Origin: an uncultured Collinsella sp.
GTDB lineage: Bacteria; Actinomycetota; Coriobacteriia; Coriobacteriales; Coriobacteriaceae
Direction of reading: 5' to 3'
Assembly: GCA_900541005.1 (NCBI GenBank)
Contig: UQIP01000004.1
Coordinates: 13,697-77,696, forward strand
Length of the DNA: 64,000 bases
Below, in pieces: positions 30,927-40,939 of the stretch. A model generated the notes under the pieces. It made no database searches and was not told where the DNA came from. It saw only the letters and a program-made list of their open reading frames with translations. Within the stretch, counting starts at the first letter, position 1, and every line of letters starts with the position of its first letter. Made by a program: the position numbers and the translations under genes.

Positions 30927-32075
30927 CTAAGCGGTGGGGAGTCCCGGTGTGTTGGCTGCCTGCTGCGGCTTGAGGTGGGCGTTGCGCCAGATGATTTGGA
31001 TGATGTAGCCGAGCATAAAGACAAAGGCTACGCCGCTGATGAAGTCGCCTACGAGGGGGATTGCCGTAAGCGCGCCCGCGGCGATGCCGCCCACGGCCGC
31101 CATGGCGTAACGGTTCTGGCTGTGTCCGACCATGCGGGCGATTGCGCACCCCGCAAAGGCACTCGACACCAATGCGATGCCGATAACGCCGCACAAGAGG
31201 GTTCCGGCAAGCGACAGGCCAGCGATAGAGATAATTAGCAGCAGGACGGCGGGGACGACAGCAATCGTACCCAGAAGACCGCTCACCCACAGGGGCGTGG
31301 GGCGCTGGTGGAGCATGCCAGCGGCGCTGGCGGTTGCACGCGGAAAGACGAGCTCGAGCAGCAGGGCGACAAAGCAGGTCGAGAGCGCCGCGGCGACGAT
31401 GCCGCCGATGATGTTGTTAGCGGTCGTGGCCGCGCTCTCGTTCTCGGTGCGGTCGATCTTGAGTGCGCCTACCTCGGCTCCTGCGGCACGCTCGGGGTCC
31501 TCGGAGACGTGCGCGTTCACGGTGCCGGTAATACGGGCATTCTTGCCCAAGACGAGCTTATCGGCCCAAACCTCGACATCGCCCTCGACGGTGCCGTCGA
31601 TGGTCACCGTATCGCCTGCAAGCGCTGCCGACTTGGCGGAGCCTCGCAGGGCAACCGTCTCGCCCATCGCGTAAAAACAGTTGGCGGCGCTGTCGGAATT
31701 GAGCACAACGTGCTGACCGGCCACCGTGACGCTGCCATTAACCGTGGTTTTGGCGATATCGATAGTGCGTGCCGCCAGACGGACGGCGCCGCCCACCGTG
31801 CAGTCGCGGATCGAGAGGGTATCGCCCGCGGCGATGATATCGCGGTCGATGGACGCATCGTCCAAGTTGAGAGCCTGGCCTGCCCAGTACAGGTCACCCT
31901 CGACGCCGGACGGATTGGCGTCATTGTCGGTCGCAAGTATGTTTCCTGCGGTGTCCGTGCCGGCGAACGACGCCGTGGGAAGTGCGGTGAGCGCCAGCAC
32001 GATGAGCGCGAATAGGATGGTGATGCGGCCCCACGCTTTATGGCGCTGGGTCGACGGGAATTGATTGCAGGGCAT
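30927..32075 (-). CDS. Membrane protein with signal peptide, bactofilin-like beta-helix repeats and C-terminal TM bundle
   Basis: Repeated V.GD...AG..V.I units of about 17 aa; several C-terminal TM helices; ATG at 32075 after GAAGGA. Confidence 0.75.
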   Translation of the reverse strand: MPCNQFPSTQRHKAWGRITILFALIVLALTALPTASFAGTDTAGNILATDNDANPSGVEGDLYWAGQALNLDDASIDRDIIAAGDTLSIRDCTVGGAVRLAARTIDIAKTTVNGSVTVAGQHVVLNSDSAANCFYAMGETVALRGSAKSAALAGDTVTIDGTVEGDVEVWADKLVLGKNARITGTVNAHVSEDPERAAGAEVGALKIDRTENESAATTANNIIGGIVAAALSTCFVALLLELVFPRATASAAGMLHQRPTPLWVSGLLGTIAVVPAVLLLIISIAGLSLAGTLLCGVIGIALVSSAFAGCAIARMVGHSQNRYAMAAVGGIAAGALTAIPLVGDFISGVAFVFMLGYIIQIIWRNAHLKPQQAANTPGLPTA

Positions 32076-32181
32076 AGTGAATCCTTCGTCAGATGCTCGA
32101 CATGCACCTAACAGGGTACCCAACGCGTGGGCGCTCTAAAAGAACCTCTCGGTTGTATTTCGAAGGATGAGGCCGCGCAAT

Positions 32182-32871
32182 CTACTTTTTGCGGTGCAAA
32201 AAACGTGCGATGTCTTCCTCGGTGGGGCTTTTGATGTCGAAGCGCAGCGACAGCCAGCGCAGTCCCATGGTTATCGCAACGCATACGATTAACGCGGTGA
32301 TGTTGCTGACGACGCCGCTCATGACAAGGCATACATAGCTTGCAGAGCCGGCAATGGCTGCGATGGCATAGAAGTTGGTGCGCTGGAAAATGCCCGGCAC
32401 CACGCCCATAAAGCTGTCACGCAGCATGCCGCCGCCCACCGCGGTGAAAAAGCCCATCATGATGCACACCGCCGGCGCAAAGCCGTAGACCAGCGCCTTG
32501 TCTGCTCCAGTGGCGGCATAGATGCCGACCGAGATGATGTCGAGCAGGGGGATGAGTTTTTCGGGCTTGTCGACGATTGCCGGGAAAATGTAGATGATGG
32601 CTGCCGTGGCAATGGAAAGCGGGAGCGCCATCGGTTGGTTGAGGATGTAGACGTTGCCCACCTGCAGCGTCATATCGCGCAAAAGACCGCCGCCCAGGCC
32701 ACAGACCACGGCGAGCGCGACGGCGCCCACCAGGTCGAGCTTGTGCTCGCGCGCAACCAGAACTCCTGAGATCGATGCCGCGACAACAGCGAACATCTCA
32801 AGCCAAAACGGAATAGCGACCATGGCATCCGAGGCATGTGAGGTAACGGTCATAGCGGCGACGATGGGCAA
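32182..32871 (-). CDS. TRIC/UPF0126 (YadS-like) membrane protein
   Basis: Duplicated GLGGGLLRD and AVGGGMLRD motifs. Confidence 0.88.
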   Translation of the reverse strand: MPIVAAMTVTSHASDAMVAIPFWLEMFAVVAASISGVLVAREHKLDLVGAVALAVVCGLGGGLLRDMTLQVGNVYILNQPMALPLSIATAAIIYIFPAIVDKPEKLIPLLDIISVGIYAATGADKALVYGFAPAVCIMMGFFTAVGGGMLRDSFMGVVPGIFQRTNFYAIAAIAGSASYVCLVMSGVVSNITALIVCVAITMGLRWLSLRFDIKSPTEEDIARFLHRKK

Positions 32872-33093
32872 GATAGGGTCCTTCTGATTGCGGGTTTAGA
32901 TAATGCCCGTACATAGTACATGGTTGACGGGTCTGGCGACCCTATTGCTCGGTAAACGGTCGGGACTGGATGCGGGCGTAGGGCCAAACATGTACGTCAG
33001 CCTCCAAAGATGTCAAAAATGTCGGTTTTGGAGGGTGATGTACGCGTTTGAGATTTGGGGCTGGGATCGACCGCGATGGGGGCGTGGCTGAAT

Positions 33094-33233
33094 AGGAGGG
33101 ATGTCCAAATTTTGAGCGAAGCTCAAAATTTATCCGGTCGGCTTACGCCGACCGCGCTGCGCTAAAAACGCGCCACAGGCGCGTTTTCTTTACGCTCCGC
33201 GCCCTGGCGGGTTCGAATCCCTCCTCCTCCGCC
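33094..33233. repeat. Multi-hairpin element ending in an inverted copy of the tRNA-Ser(CGA) 3' end
   Basis: 33209-33233 is the exact reverse complement of 33299-33323; three internal hairpins; closing AGGAGGGAT/ATCCCTCCT. Confidence 0.8.
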
Positions 33234-33260
33234 GTATTTGCTTGTTAGGGACTCAAAACA

Positions 33261-33288
33261 AAAAAGCTCCCGTTGTTGGGAGCTTTTT
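33261..33288 (-). terminator. Bidirectional-type terminator after tRNA-Ser(CGA)
   Basis: AAAAAGCTCCC-GTTGTT-GGGAGCTTTTT. Confidence 0.75.
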
Positions 33289-33297
33289 CAACCAAAA

Positions 33298-33388
33298 TGG
33301 CGGAGGAGGAGGGATTCGAACCCTCGTGACCTTATACAGGCCAAACGGTTTTCGAGACCGCCGCATTCAACCACTCTGCCACCCCTCC
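33298..33388 (-). tRNA. tRNA-Ser(CGA)
   Basis: GGAGGGG acceptor, GCGGT-CT-CGA-AA-ACCGT anticodon arm, long variable arm, GCCA end. Confidence 0.96.
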
Positions 33389-33436
33389 GCGTGGGGTAAA
33401 AACAAAGCAGGCTCAAAGGCCTGCTTTGGAATTAAC

Positions 33437-33527
33437 TGGCGGAGAGTCAGGGATTTGAACCCTGGAGACGCTTTTGACGCCTACACGATTTCCAATCGTG
33501 CTCCTTCGGCCACTCGGACAACTCTCC
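33437..33527 (-). tRNA. tRNA-Ser(GGA)
   Basis: GGAGAGT acceptor, CACGA-TT-GGA-AA-TCGTG anticodon arm, long variable arm, GCCA end. Confidence 0.96.
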
Positions 33528-33543
33528 GTTAAATGCGAAAGTC

Positions 33544-33571
33544 AGTATACACGAGGAATCGCAAAGTGCAA
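33544..33571 (-). promoter_or_regulatory. Promoter of the tRNA-Ser pair
   Basis: TTGCAC-N16-TATACT on the minus strand. Confidence 0.6.
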
Positions 33572-33931
33572 ACAGAAAAGTTGGCATTTTTTAAAGCGCT
33601 TGACCGCGCTTGGCGTTGCAGTGGGGTTTGAGGTACCAAAAAACGCCTTCCGACCAGCGTGGTTGATTAACTCAATTGTTCAAAAGGGGTATTCATAAGT
33701 GACTCGGCAATGAATTTAAAAATCTTTGGGTGGTGCTGTGAGCCACTGGTATGTATTTTGCGACCACAACCATGCGCCCGCTGACCTGCGACTTAACCCA
33801 GTTTGTCCCCGTGGCACCGTATCTTGTCCACAAATCCGTCAAGTTCTTGGTCGGCATTTGGTTAGAACGCGCATGAAGTGCTGTGTAAGCATGGGCATAT
33901 GTGGAGGTCATGAGGTTGTAGCTGCATATTC

Positions 33932-33960
33932 TTGCAGCCTAGGAGGTTGAAAGATATTAT
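33932..33960 (+). promoter_or_regulatory. Promoter of the rpsF operon
   Basis: TTGCAG-N17-TATTAT. Confidence 0.6.
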
Positions 33961-33971
33961 TACCAAGTCTT

Positions 33972-34031
33972 TTCCTGCTTCAGGCGCACCTTCACGACCT
34001 GAAGCCACATTTGCCCAGAGGAGGTGACAAT
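33972..34031 (+). promoter_or_regulatory. rpsF leader (S6:S18-binding autoregulatory RNA-like)
   Basis: TCCT able to pair with the AGGA SD; GCTTCAGG/CCTGAAGC stem; unpaired CCC just before the SD. Confidence 0.6.
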
Positions 34032-34325
34032 ATGAAGGCTTATGAACTGCTGTTCTTTGTTGACCCGTCGCTCGACCCCGAGACTCGTCTCGCTGTTATG
34101 AAGCGTATCGATACCACGATCGCTGAGGGCGCTGGCAAGGTCGACTCCGTTGACGAGTGGGGCAAGCGCAAGCTCGCCTACGAGATCAACGACCTCACCG
34201 ATGGTGACTACACCCTCATCAACTTCCACGCAGATCCTACCCAGATCGCCGAGCTTGATCGCGTCCTGCGCATCACCGACGCTGTGGTCCGCCACATGAT
34301 CGTCCGTCGCGACGACCAGGAGTAA
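34032..34325 (+). CDS. rpsF: 30S ribosomal protein S6
   Basis: MKAYELL, WGKRKLAYEI. Confidence 0.97.
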   Translation: MKAYELLFFVDPSLDPETRLAVMKRIDTTIAEGAGKVDSVDEWGKRKLAYEINDLTDGDYTLINFHADPTQIAELDRVLRITDAVVRHMIVRRDDQE

Positions 34326-34373
34326 GACTGTCGTTTTGGACTGGGCTTGTGCCCCAAGAGGAAGTAGTGAGTT

Positions 34374-34826
34374 ATGAGCATCAATCGAGTGAACATCACC
34401 GGTAACCTCACCCGCGATCCCGAGCTGCGCGCCACCGCCGGCGGAACCCAGGTTCTGTCCTTTGGCGTCGCCGTCAACGATCGTCGCCGTAACGCGCAGA
34501 CTGGCGAGTGGGAGGACTATCCCAACTTTGTCGACTGCACTATGTTCGGCACCCGCGCCGAGGCCGTGAGCCGTTTCCTGGCAAAGGGAAACAAGGTCGC
34601 GATCGAGGGCAAGCTGCGCTACAGCTCTTGGGAGCGCGACGGCCAGCGCCGGAGCAAGCTTGAGGTCATCGTCGATGAGATCGAGTTTATGAGCTCCCGT
34701 GGTGGCCAGGGTGGCTACGATCAGGGCGGTTACGCCCCCGCAGCTCCCGCGCCCGCAGCACGTCCTGCCGCACCGGTGGCCACACCTCCCGCGGTCGACG
34801 TCTACGATGAGGACATCCCGTTCTAA
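34374..34826 (+). CDS. ssb: Single-stranded DNA-binding protein
   Basis: NRVNITGNLTRDPELR, C-terminal DEDIPF. Confidence 0.98.
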   Translation: MSINRVNITGNLTRDPELRATAGGTQVLSFGVAVNDRRRNAQTGEWEDYPNFVDCTMFGTRAEAVSRFLAKGNKVAIEGKLRYSSWERDGQRRSKLEVIVDEIEFMSSRGGQGGYDQGGYAPAAPAPAARPAAPVATPPAVDVYDEDIPF

Positions 34827-34898
34827 GGGTTGTTCACCTATTTTTGAGTGAGAGGCGGCTTCGGTTCGCCGAAGTTGCCAAATGAAAGGTATTTTGAC

Positions 34899-35165
34899 AT
34901 GGCTAATGATTTTTCTGCACGTCAGCCGCGTCGTAAGTACTGCCAGTTCTGCAAGGAGAACACTGAGTTCATCGACTATAAGGACACTCAGCTTCTCCGT
35001 AAGTACATGACCGACCGTGGCAAGATCAAGCCCCGTCGCGTCACTGGCGCTTGCACGCAGCATCAGCATGACATCGCCAACGCCATCAAGCGCGCCCGCG
35101 AGATGGCTCTCCTGCCGTACACCGTCCCCGTGGTTTCCTCTCGTGGCAACCGCGACCGCGGCTAA
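34899..35165 (+). CDS. rpsR: 30S ribosomal protein S18 (Zn-ribbon form)
   Basis: [29 protein letters not shown]. Confidence 0.97.
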   Translation: MANDFSARQPRRKYCQFCKENTEFIDYKDTQLLRKYMTDRGKIKPRRVTGACTQHQHDIANAIKRAREMALLPYTVPVVSSRGNRDRG

Positions 35166-35180
35166 GAAGGGAGACGCATC

Positions 35181-35720
35181 ATGAAGGTTATTCTTCTCGA
35201 TGAGATCAAGGGCAAGGGCGGCGAGGGTGACGTCGTAGAGGTCGCTCAGGGTTACGCTGAGAACTTCCTGTTCCCCAAGAAGCTCGCTGTTGCCGCCACC
35301 AAGGGCAACCTCAAGCAGCTTGACGAGCGTCGCAACAACATCGCCAAGCGCGAGGCCGTCCGTCTGGCTACCGCCAACGAGACCAAGGCTGCCTTCGAGG
35401 GCAAGACGGTCACCGTTGACGTCAAGGTCGGCGACGAGGGCATCCTCTTTGGCTCCGTTACCGCCGCTATGATCGCTGACGCCATCAAGGCTCAGCTCGG
35501 TATGGACATCGACCGCAAGCGCGTCGAGCTCGGTAAGCCCATCAAGGTTGCCGGTGCCCACACCGTTGCCATCTCGCTGTACCGCGAGATCAAGGCCGAG
35601 GTTGTCGTTCTCGTCGGCGTTACCGCCGAGGAGCTCGCTGCCGAGGCTGAGGTCGAGGAGGCCGCTGAGGTCGCCGAGGCCGAGACCGCCGAGGTCGAGA
35701 CTGAGGCTGCTGCCGAGTAG
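35181..35720 (+). CDS. rplI: 50S ribosomal protein L9 with acidic tail
   Basis: MKVILL...GDVVEVAQGYAENFL, LFGSVT. Confidence 0.97.
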   Translation: MKVILLDEIKGKGGEGDVVEVAQGYAENFLFPKKLAVAATKGNLKQLDERRNNIAKREAVRLATANETKAAFEGKTVTVDVKVGDEGILFGSVTAAMIADAIKAQLGMDIDRKRVELGKPIKVAGAHTVAISLYREIKAEVVVLVGVTAEELAAEAEVEEAAEVAEAETAEVETEAAAE

Positions 35721-35752
35721 CATTTGCTGCAACGCAACAATCTTGTTCTAAG

Positions 35753-35792
35753 AAGGGCGCTCTGGGAAACCAGGGCGCCCTTTTGTTTTTTT
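35753..35792 (+). terminator. Terminator after rplI
   Basis: AAGGGCGCTCTGG-GAAA-CCAGGGCGCCCTTTTGTTTTTT. Confidence 0.8.
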
Positions 35793-35945
35793 GCGCTGAG
35801 TGAGTGTCATGGTGAACGTTGCGTCGAAGTCCTATATACAGGACCGTTCATCCGTTTGGTTCGGTGATGATTGGCGGCGCGCGGCGCGTTTTGGGACCGT
35901 GGCTGATACTATGGATGCTCGCAAGCGATATGAATGAGGATGCTC

Positions 35946-37337
35946 ATGGCATATGACGATAGGGAGACCGGGCTGACGGTTGAGGACCGCGGCTCAAAGT
36001 TGGGTCTTCCCCAAAACCAAGATGCAGAGGCCAATGTACTGGCCGCTATGCTGCTATCGCCCGAGGTGGTCGAAGAGGCCCAGGTCGAGCTGCAGCCCGA
36101 TGACTTCTACCGGCCCATTCATAAGACCATCTATACCGCGATGGTCGATATGTACAACAGCCGCATTCCCATCGACTCCATCTCGCTGATCGATTATCTG
36201 CGAAGCATCAACAAGCTCGATGCCGTGGGCGGCGAAGCGTATATTTTGGAGTTGATGGGTCAGACCCTGTCGCTCGTCAACTGGCAGCACCATGCCGCCA
36301 TCGTTCGCCGCGATTCGATGCTGCGTGAGCTGATCGGCGCCACCAACGAGATCAACGCGCTGGCATATAACGCCCCCACCGACACCAAAGAGGTTGTCGA
36401 GCTGGCCGAGAGCAAGCTGCTCAAGGTTACGGCGCGCGAGGTCAAGTCGAGCTACAAGACGCTGACCGAGTTTATGGTCGAGGCCTATAACGAGGCCGAG
36501 GAAGTGTGCCAGGCCGGTGGCCAGGCTGCGGGCGTGCCCACGGGCTTCCCGTCGCTCGACCGCATGCTCATGGGCTTCCGCGAGGGCCAGCTCATCATCA
36601 TCGGCGCCCGTCCTGCTGTAGGTAAGACGTCGTTCGCTCTGAACCTGGCACTTAACGCTGCCGCTGCTGGTTATACCGTCGGCTTCTTCTCGCTGGAGAT
36701 GTCGGGCAAGGAAATTGCCCAGCGTCTGATTTGCGCCTATGCCATGATCTCGATCAGTGATTTCCGCATGGGCCGCATTAGCCCCGAGCAGTGGGCCAAT
36801 ATCAACGAGGCCACGCAGACCTTATCCAAGCTGGATATTCTGATTGACGATACGCCCGGCACCACAGTGACCGAGATTCGCGCCAAGAGCCGTCGCATGC
36901 TCCATAACAAGGAGAAGGCCATCATCATCCTGGACTACCTGCAGCTGGTGAGTCCTCCGCCGGGACGCCGCTCCGAGAGCCGTACCGTCGAGGTTTCGGA
37001 GATGTCGCGTGGTCTGAAGATCATGGCCAAGGAGCTCAAGATCCCACTCATCGCGCTGTCGCAGCTCTCGCGTCAGGTCGAATCCCGTACCGGCAAGCGC
37101 CCGCAGCTTTCCGACCTTCGTGAATCGGGCTCCATCGAGCAGGACGCCGATATCGTTATGTTCTTGGACCGCTCCGCGGACGAGGCCGAGGCCTCGCGCG
37201 ACGATCGACCCGACGAGGGCGTTACGCGTATCGTCGTGGCCAAGAACCGTTCGGGCCCGATCGGCGACGTCGACCTGATGTTCCTGCCGGCATCCACCAA
37301 GTTCTATGAGCTTGATGGGGCACATGCCGAGGAGTAG
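35946..37337 (+). CDS. dnaB: Replicative DNA helicase
   Basis: GARPAVGKT, FSLEM, ILDYLQL, LSQLSR, DLRESGSIEQDAD. Confidence 0.97.
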   Translation: MAYDDRETGLTVEDRGSKLGLPQNQDAEANVLAAMLLSPEVVEEAQVELQPDDFYRPIHKTIYTAMVDMYNSRIPIDSISLIDYLRSINKLDAVGGEAYILELMGQTLSLVNWQHHAAIVRRDSMLRELIGATNEINALAYNAPTDTKEVVELAESKLLKVTAREVKSSYKTLTEFMVEAYNEAEEVCQAGGQAAGVPTGFPSLDRMLMGFREGQLIIIGARPAVGKTSFALNLALNAAAAGYTVGFFSLEMSGKEIAQRLICAYAMISISDFRMGRISPEQWANINEATQTLSKLDILIDDTPGTTVTEIRAKSRRMLHNKEKAIIILDYLQLVSPPPGRRSESRTVEVSEMSRGLKIMAKELKIPLIALSQLSRQVESRTGKRPQLSDLRESGSIEQDADIVMFLDRSADEAEASRDDRPDEGVTRIVVAKNRSGPIGDVDLMFLPASTKFYELDGAHAEE

Positions 37338-37421
37338 GACAGGCGCCCGTTGCACGGGTATACTGGGAATGTTTTGTGCTTCTGCGTGCCGGCGTGGCGC
37401 GTAGACAGGCCATGAATGTAA

Positions 37422-38717
<1,296 letters not shown>

Positions 38718-38835
38718 TCGGGACTATTTGGTTATTGCGATATACCCCTTTGCAGCCCGGGTGGGCGGCCGAGGGGTATATTTGCTTGCAAGGGGCTCGC
38801 GCGGAGCGGGCCATTCATCCATAGAGGAGGCACCC

Positions 38836-40140
38836 TTGAAGGCGGACACTCAAACCATCGACATCCTGTTGTTGGGCAGCGGCGGCCGTGAGCATGCTTT
38901 GGCAGCCAAGCTCGCAGCATCACCGCGCGCCGGCAAGCTCTACATCGCGCCGGGCAACGGCGGCACCGCGAGCTGCGGCGAGAACGTTGTTCTCGACGAC
39001 TGCGATCCTGCGGCCGTGGCGGCGTTTGCGCAGAGCCACGGATGCGGACTCGTGGTAATTGGCCCCGAGGCTCCGCTCGTGGCGGGCGTGGCCGACGCCG
39101 TGCGCGCGGCGGGTATTCCCTGCTTTGGCCCGGGTGCCGAGGGCGCCCAGATGGAGGGCTCCAAGCTGTTCTCCAAGCAGCTCATGGAGCGTGCGGGCAT
39201 TCCGACGGCAGCCTACGGCTCGTTTACCGACGAGGCTTCGGCTCTCGCCTACGTACGCGAGCAAGGCGCCCCGCTGGTCGTCAAGGCCGACGGCCTTGCC
39301 GCAGGCAAGGGCGTTATCGTGGCGACCGAACTTGAGCAGGCCGAGGAGGCCGTGCGCGAGTGCTTTGGCGGCACCTTTGGCGATGCCGGCAACACCGTGG
39401 TTATCGAGGAGATGCTCGTTGGTCCCGAGTGCTCGCTGCTGGCCTTTACCGACGGCAAGACCGTGCGCCCCATGGCCACCTCGCAGGACCACAAGCGCGC
39501 GCTTGAGGGCGACCTTGGTCCCAACACCGGCGGCATGGGCGTCTACAGCCCGGTGCCCATCGTGACTGACGAGGAGCACGCCACCATGGTGAAGGTCATG
39601 GAGCAGACCGTGGCCGAGCTCGCTGCCGAGGGTATCGACTACCGCGGCTGCCTGTACGGCGGCTTTATGCTCACGCCTGCCGGCCCCAAGGTGCTGGAGT
39701 TCAATGCCCGCTTTGGCGACCCCGAGACGCAGGTCGTTCTGCCGCGCCTTAAGAACGACCTGGTCGAGGTCATGCTCGCCTGCGCCAACTGCGAGCTCGA
39801 TCAGATTGAACTCGACTGGCGCGACGAGTGGGCCGTGGCCGTTGTCCTGACGAGTGCGGGTTATCCCGGCAGCTACGAGAAAGGCAAGGTCATTACCGGT
39901 ATCGCCGATGCCGAGGCCATGGAGAACGTGACCGTGTACCACGCGGGCACTGCCGTGGTGGACGGCCAGCTCGTGACCAATGGTGGCCGCGTGCTTGCCG
40001 TGACCGCGCTGGGCGATACGTTTGAGAACGCCCGCAACCTTGCCTACGAGGCCTGCGAGAAGATTGATTTTGAGGGCAAGACCCTGCGTCACGACATCGG
40101 CCTGCGCGCGCTGCGCGGCCGCGACGCCTGGGATGCCTAA
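38836..40140 (+). CDS. purD: Phosphoribosylamine--glycine ligase
   Basis: [41 protein letters not shown] start after GAGGAGG. Confidence 0.97.
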   Translation: MKADTQTIDILLLGSGGREHALAAKLAASPRAGKLYIAPGNGGTASCGENVVLDDCDPAAVAAFAQSHGCGLVVIGPEAPLVAGVADAVRAAGIPCFGPGAEGAQMEGSKLFSKQLMERAGIPTAAYGSFTDEASALAYVREQGAPLVVKADGLAAGKGVIVATELEQAEEAVRECFGGTFGDAGNTVVIEEMLVGPECSLLAFTDGKTVRPMATSQDHKRALEGDLGPNTGGMGVYSPVPIVTDEEHATMVKVMEQTVAELAAEGIDYRGCLYGGFMLTPAGPKVLEFNARFGDPETQVVLPRLKNDLVEVMLACANCELDQIELDWRDEWAVAVVLTSAGYPGSYEKGKVITGIADAEAMENVTVYHAGTAVVDGQLVTNGGRVLAVTALGDTFENARNLAYEACEKIDFEGKTLRHDIGLRALRGRDAWDA

Positions 40141-40152
40141 AATCCGAGAGGA

Positions 40153-40857
40153 ATGAGACGGATGGACGAGAAGAACGAAGAGCTCGTGGACGCGCAGATC
40201 GTCGAAGAGGACAGCCGCGTGTATGGGCACGCCGAGGGCGAGCCTGGTGGCGAGGTCGCTGACGAGCCGGCGCTGGTGCTGGGCGATGACGACCCGCACG
40301 ATGCCGAGCTGCACGAGAAGATTCTTTCGGAGGAGTGCGCCTGGAAGGGCAAGATCCTCGACGTCCACCGTCTTGAGGTTGAGCTGCCCAACGGTCGCCG
40401 CAGCGCCCGCGATATCGTTCGCCATCCGGGTGCGGCGGCTGTTGTGGCACTGACCGAGAGCGGCAAGATCGTACTGGTGCGTCAGTACCGCACCGCCATC
40501 GACCGCGTGACGGTCGAGATTCCCGCCGGCAAGCTCGATCCAGGCGAGGACCCGCTCGATTGCGCCAAGCGCGAGCTGCATGAGGAGACGGGCTTTAGGG
40601 CTGGTCGCATTCGCTTTTTGACGTCGATTGTCACGTCCTGTGGTTTTTGCGATGAGATTATCCACATCTACTTGGCTACCAAGCTCGAGTTTGATGCGCC
40701 CAACCCCGATGATGACGAGTTTGTCAACGTGGACCTGGTGCCGCTGCATGAGCTGATCGACGCCGTACTCGACGGCAAGATCGAAGACGCCAAGACCGTC
40801 GTGGGCGCCTTGGCCTGCGACAGCATCGCACACCGCCTTGGGGGCACGGAGCTTTAA
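40153..40857 (+). CDS. NUDIX hydrolase, ADP-ribose pyrophosphatase-like
   Basis: RQYR, EIPAGKLDPGEDPLDCAKRELHEETG Nudix box. Confidence 0.9.
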   Translation: MRRMDEKNEELVDAQIVEEDSRVYGHAEGEPGGEVADEPALVLGDDDPHDAELHEKILSEECAWKGKILDVHRLEVELPNGRRSARDIVRHPGAAAVVALTESGKIVLVRQYRTAIDRVTVEIPAGKLDPGEDPLDCAKRELHEETGFRAGRIRFLTSIVTSCGFCDEIIHIYLATKLEFDAPNPDDDEFVNVDLVPLHELIDAVLDGKIEDAKTVVGALACDSIAHRLGGTEL

Positions 40858-40939
40858 CGAGTGGGGATAGCCCTGGGACAAGTACTACTGATTGCTTTGT
40901 CCCAGGGCCTTACGTTGCTGATATTTCTTTGAGGATCAC

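Noticed and set aside
33209..33233. Third tRNA gene or prophage/ICE attR
   Set aside because: Only the T-arm and 3' acceptor strand are present, with no CCA; the copy is inverted rather than direct, and there is no integrase
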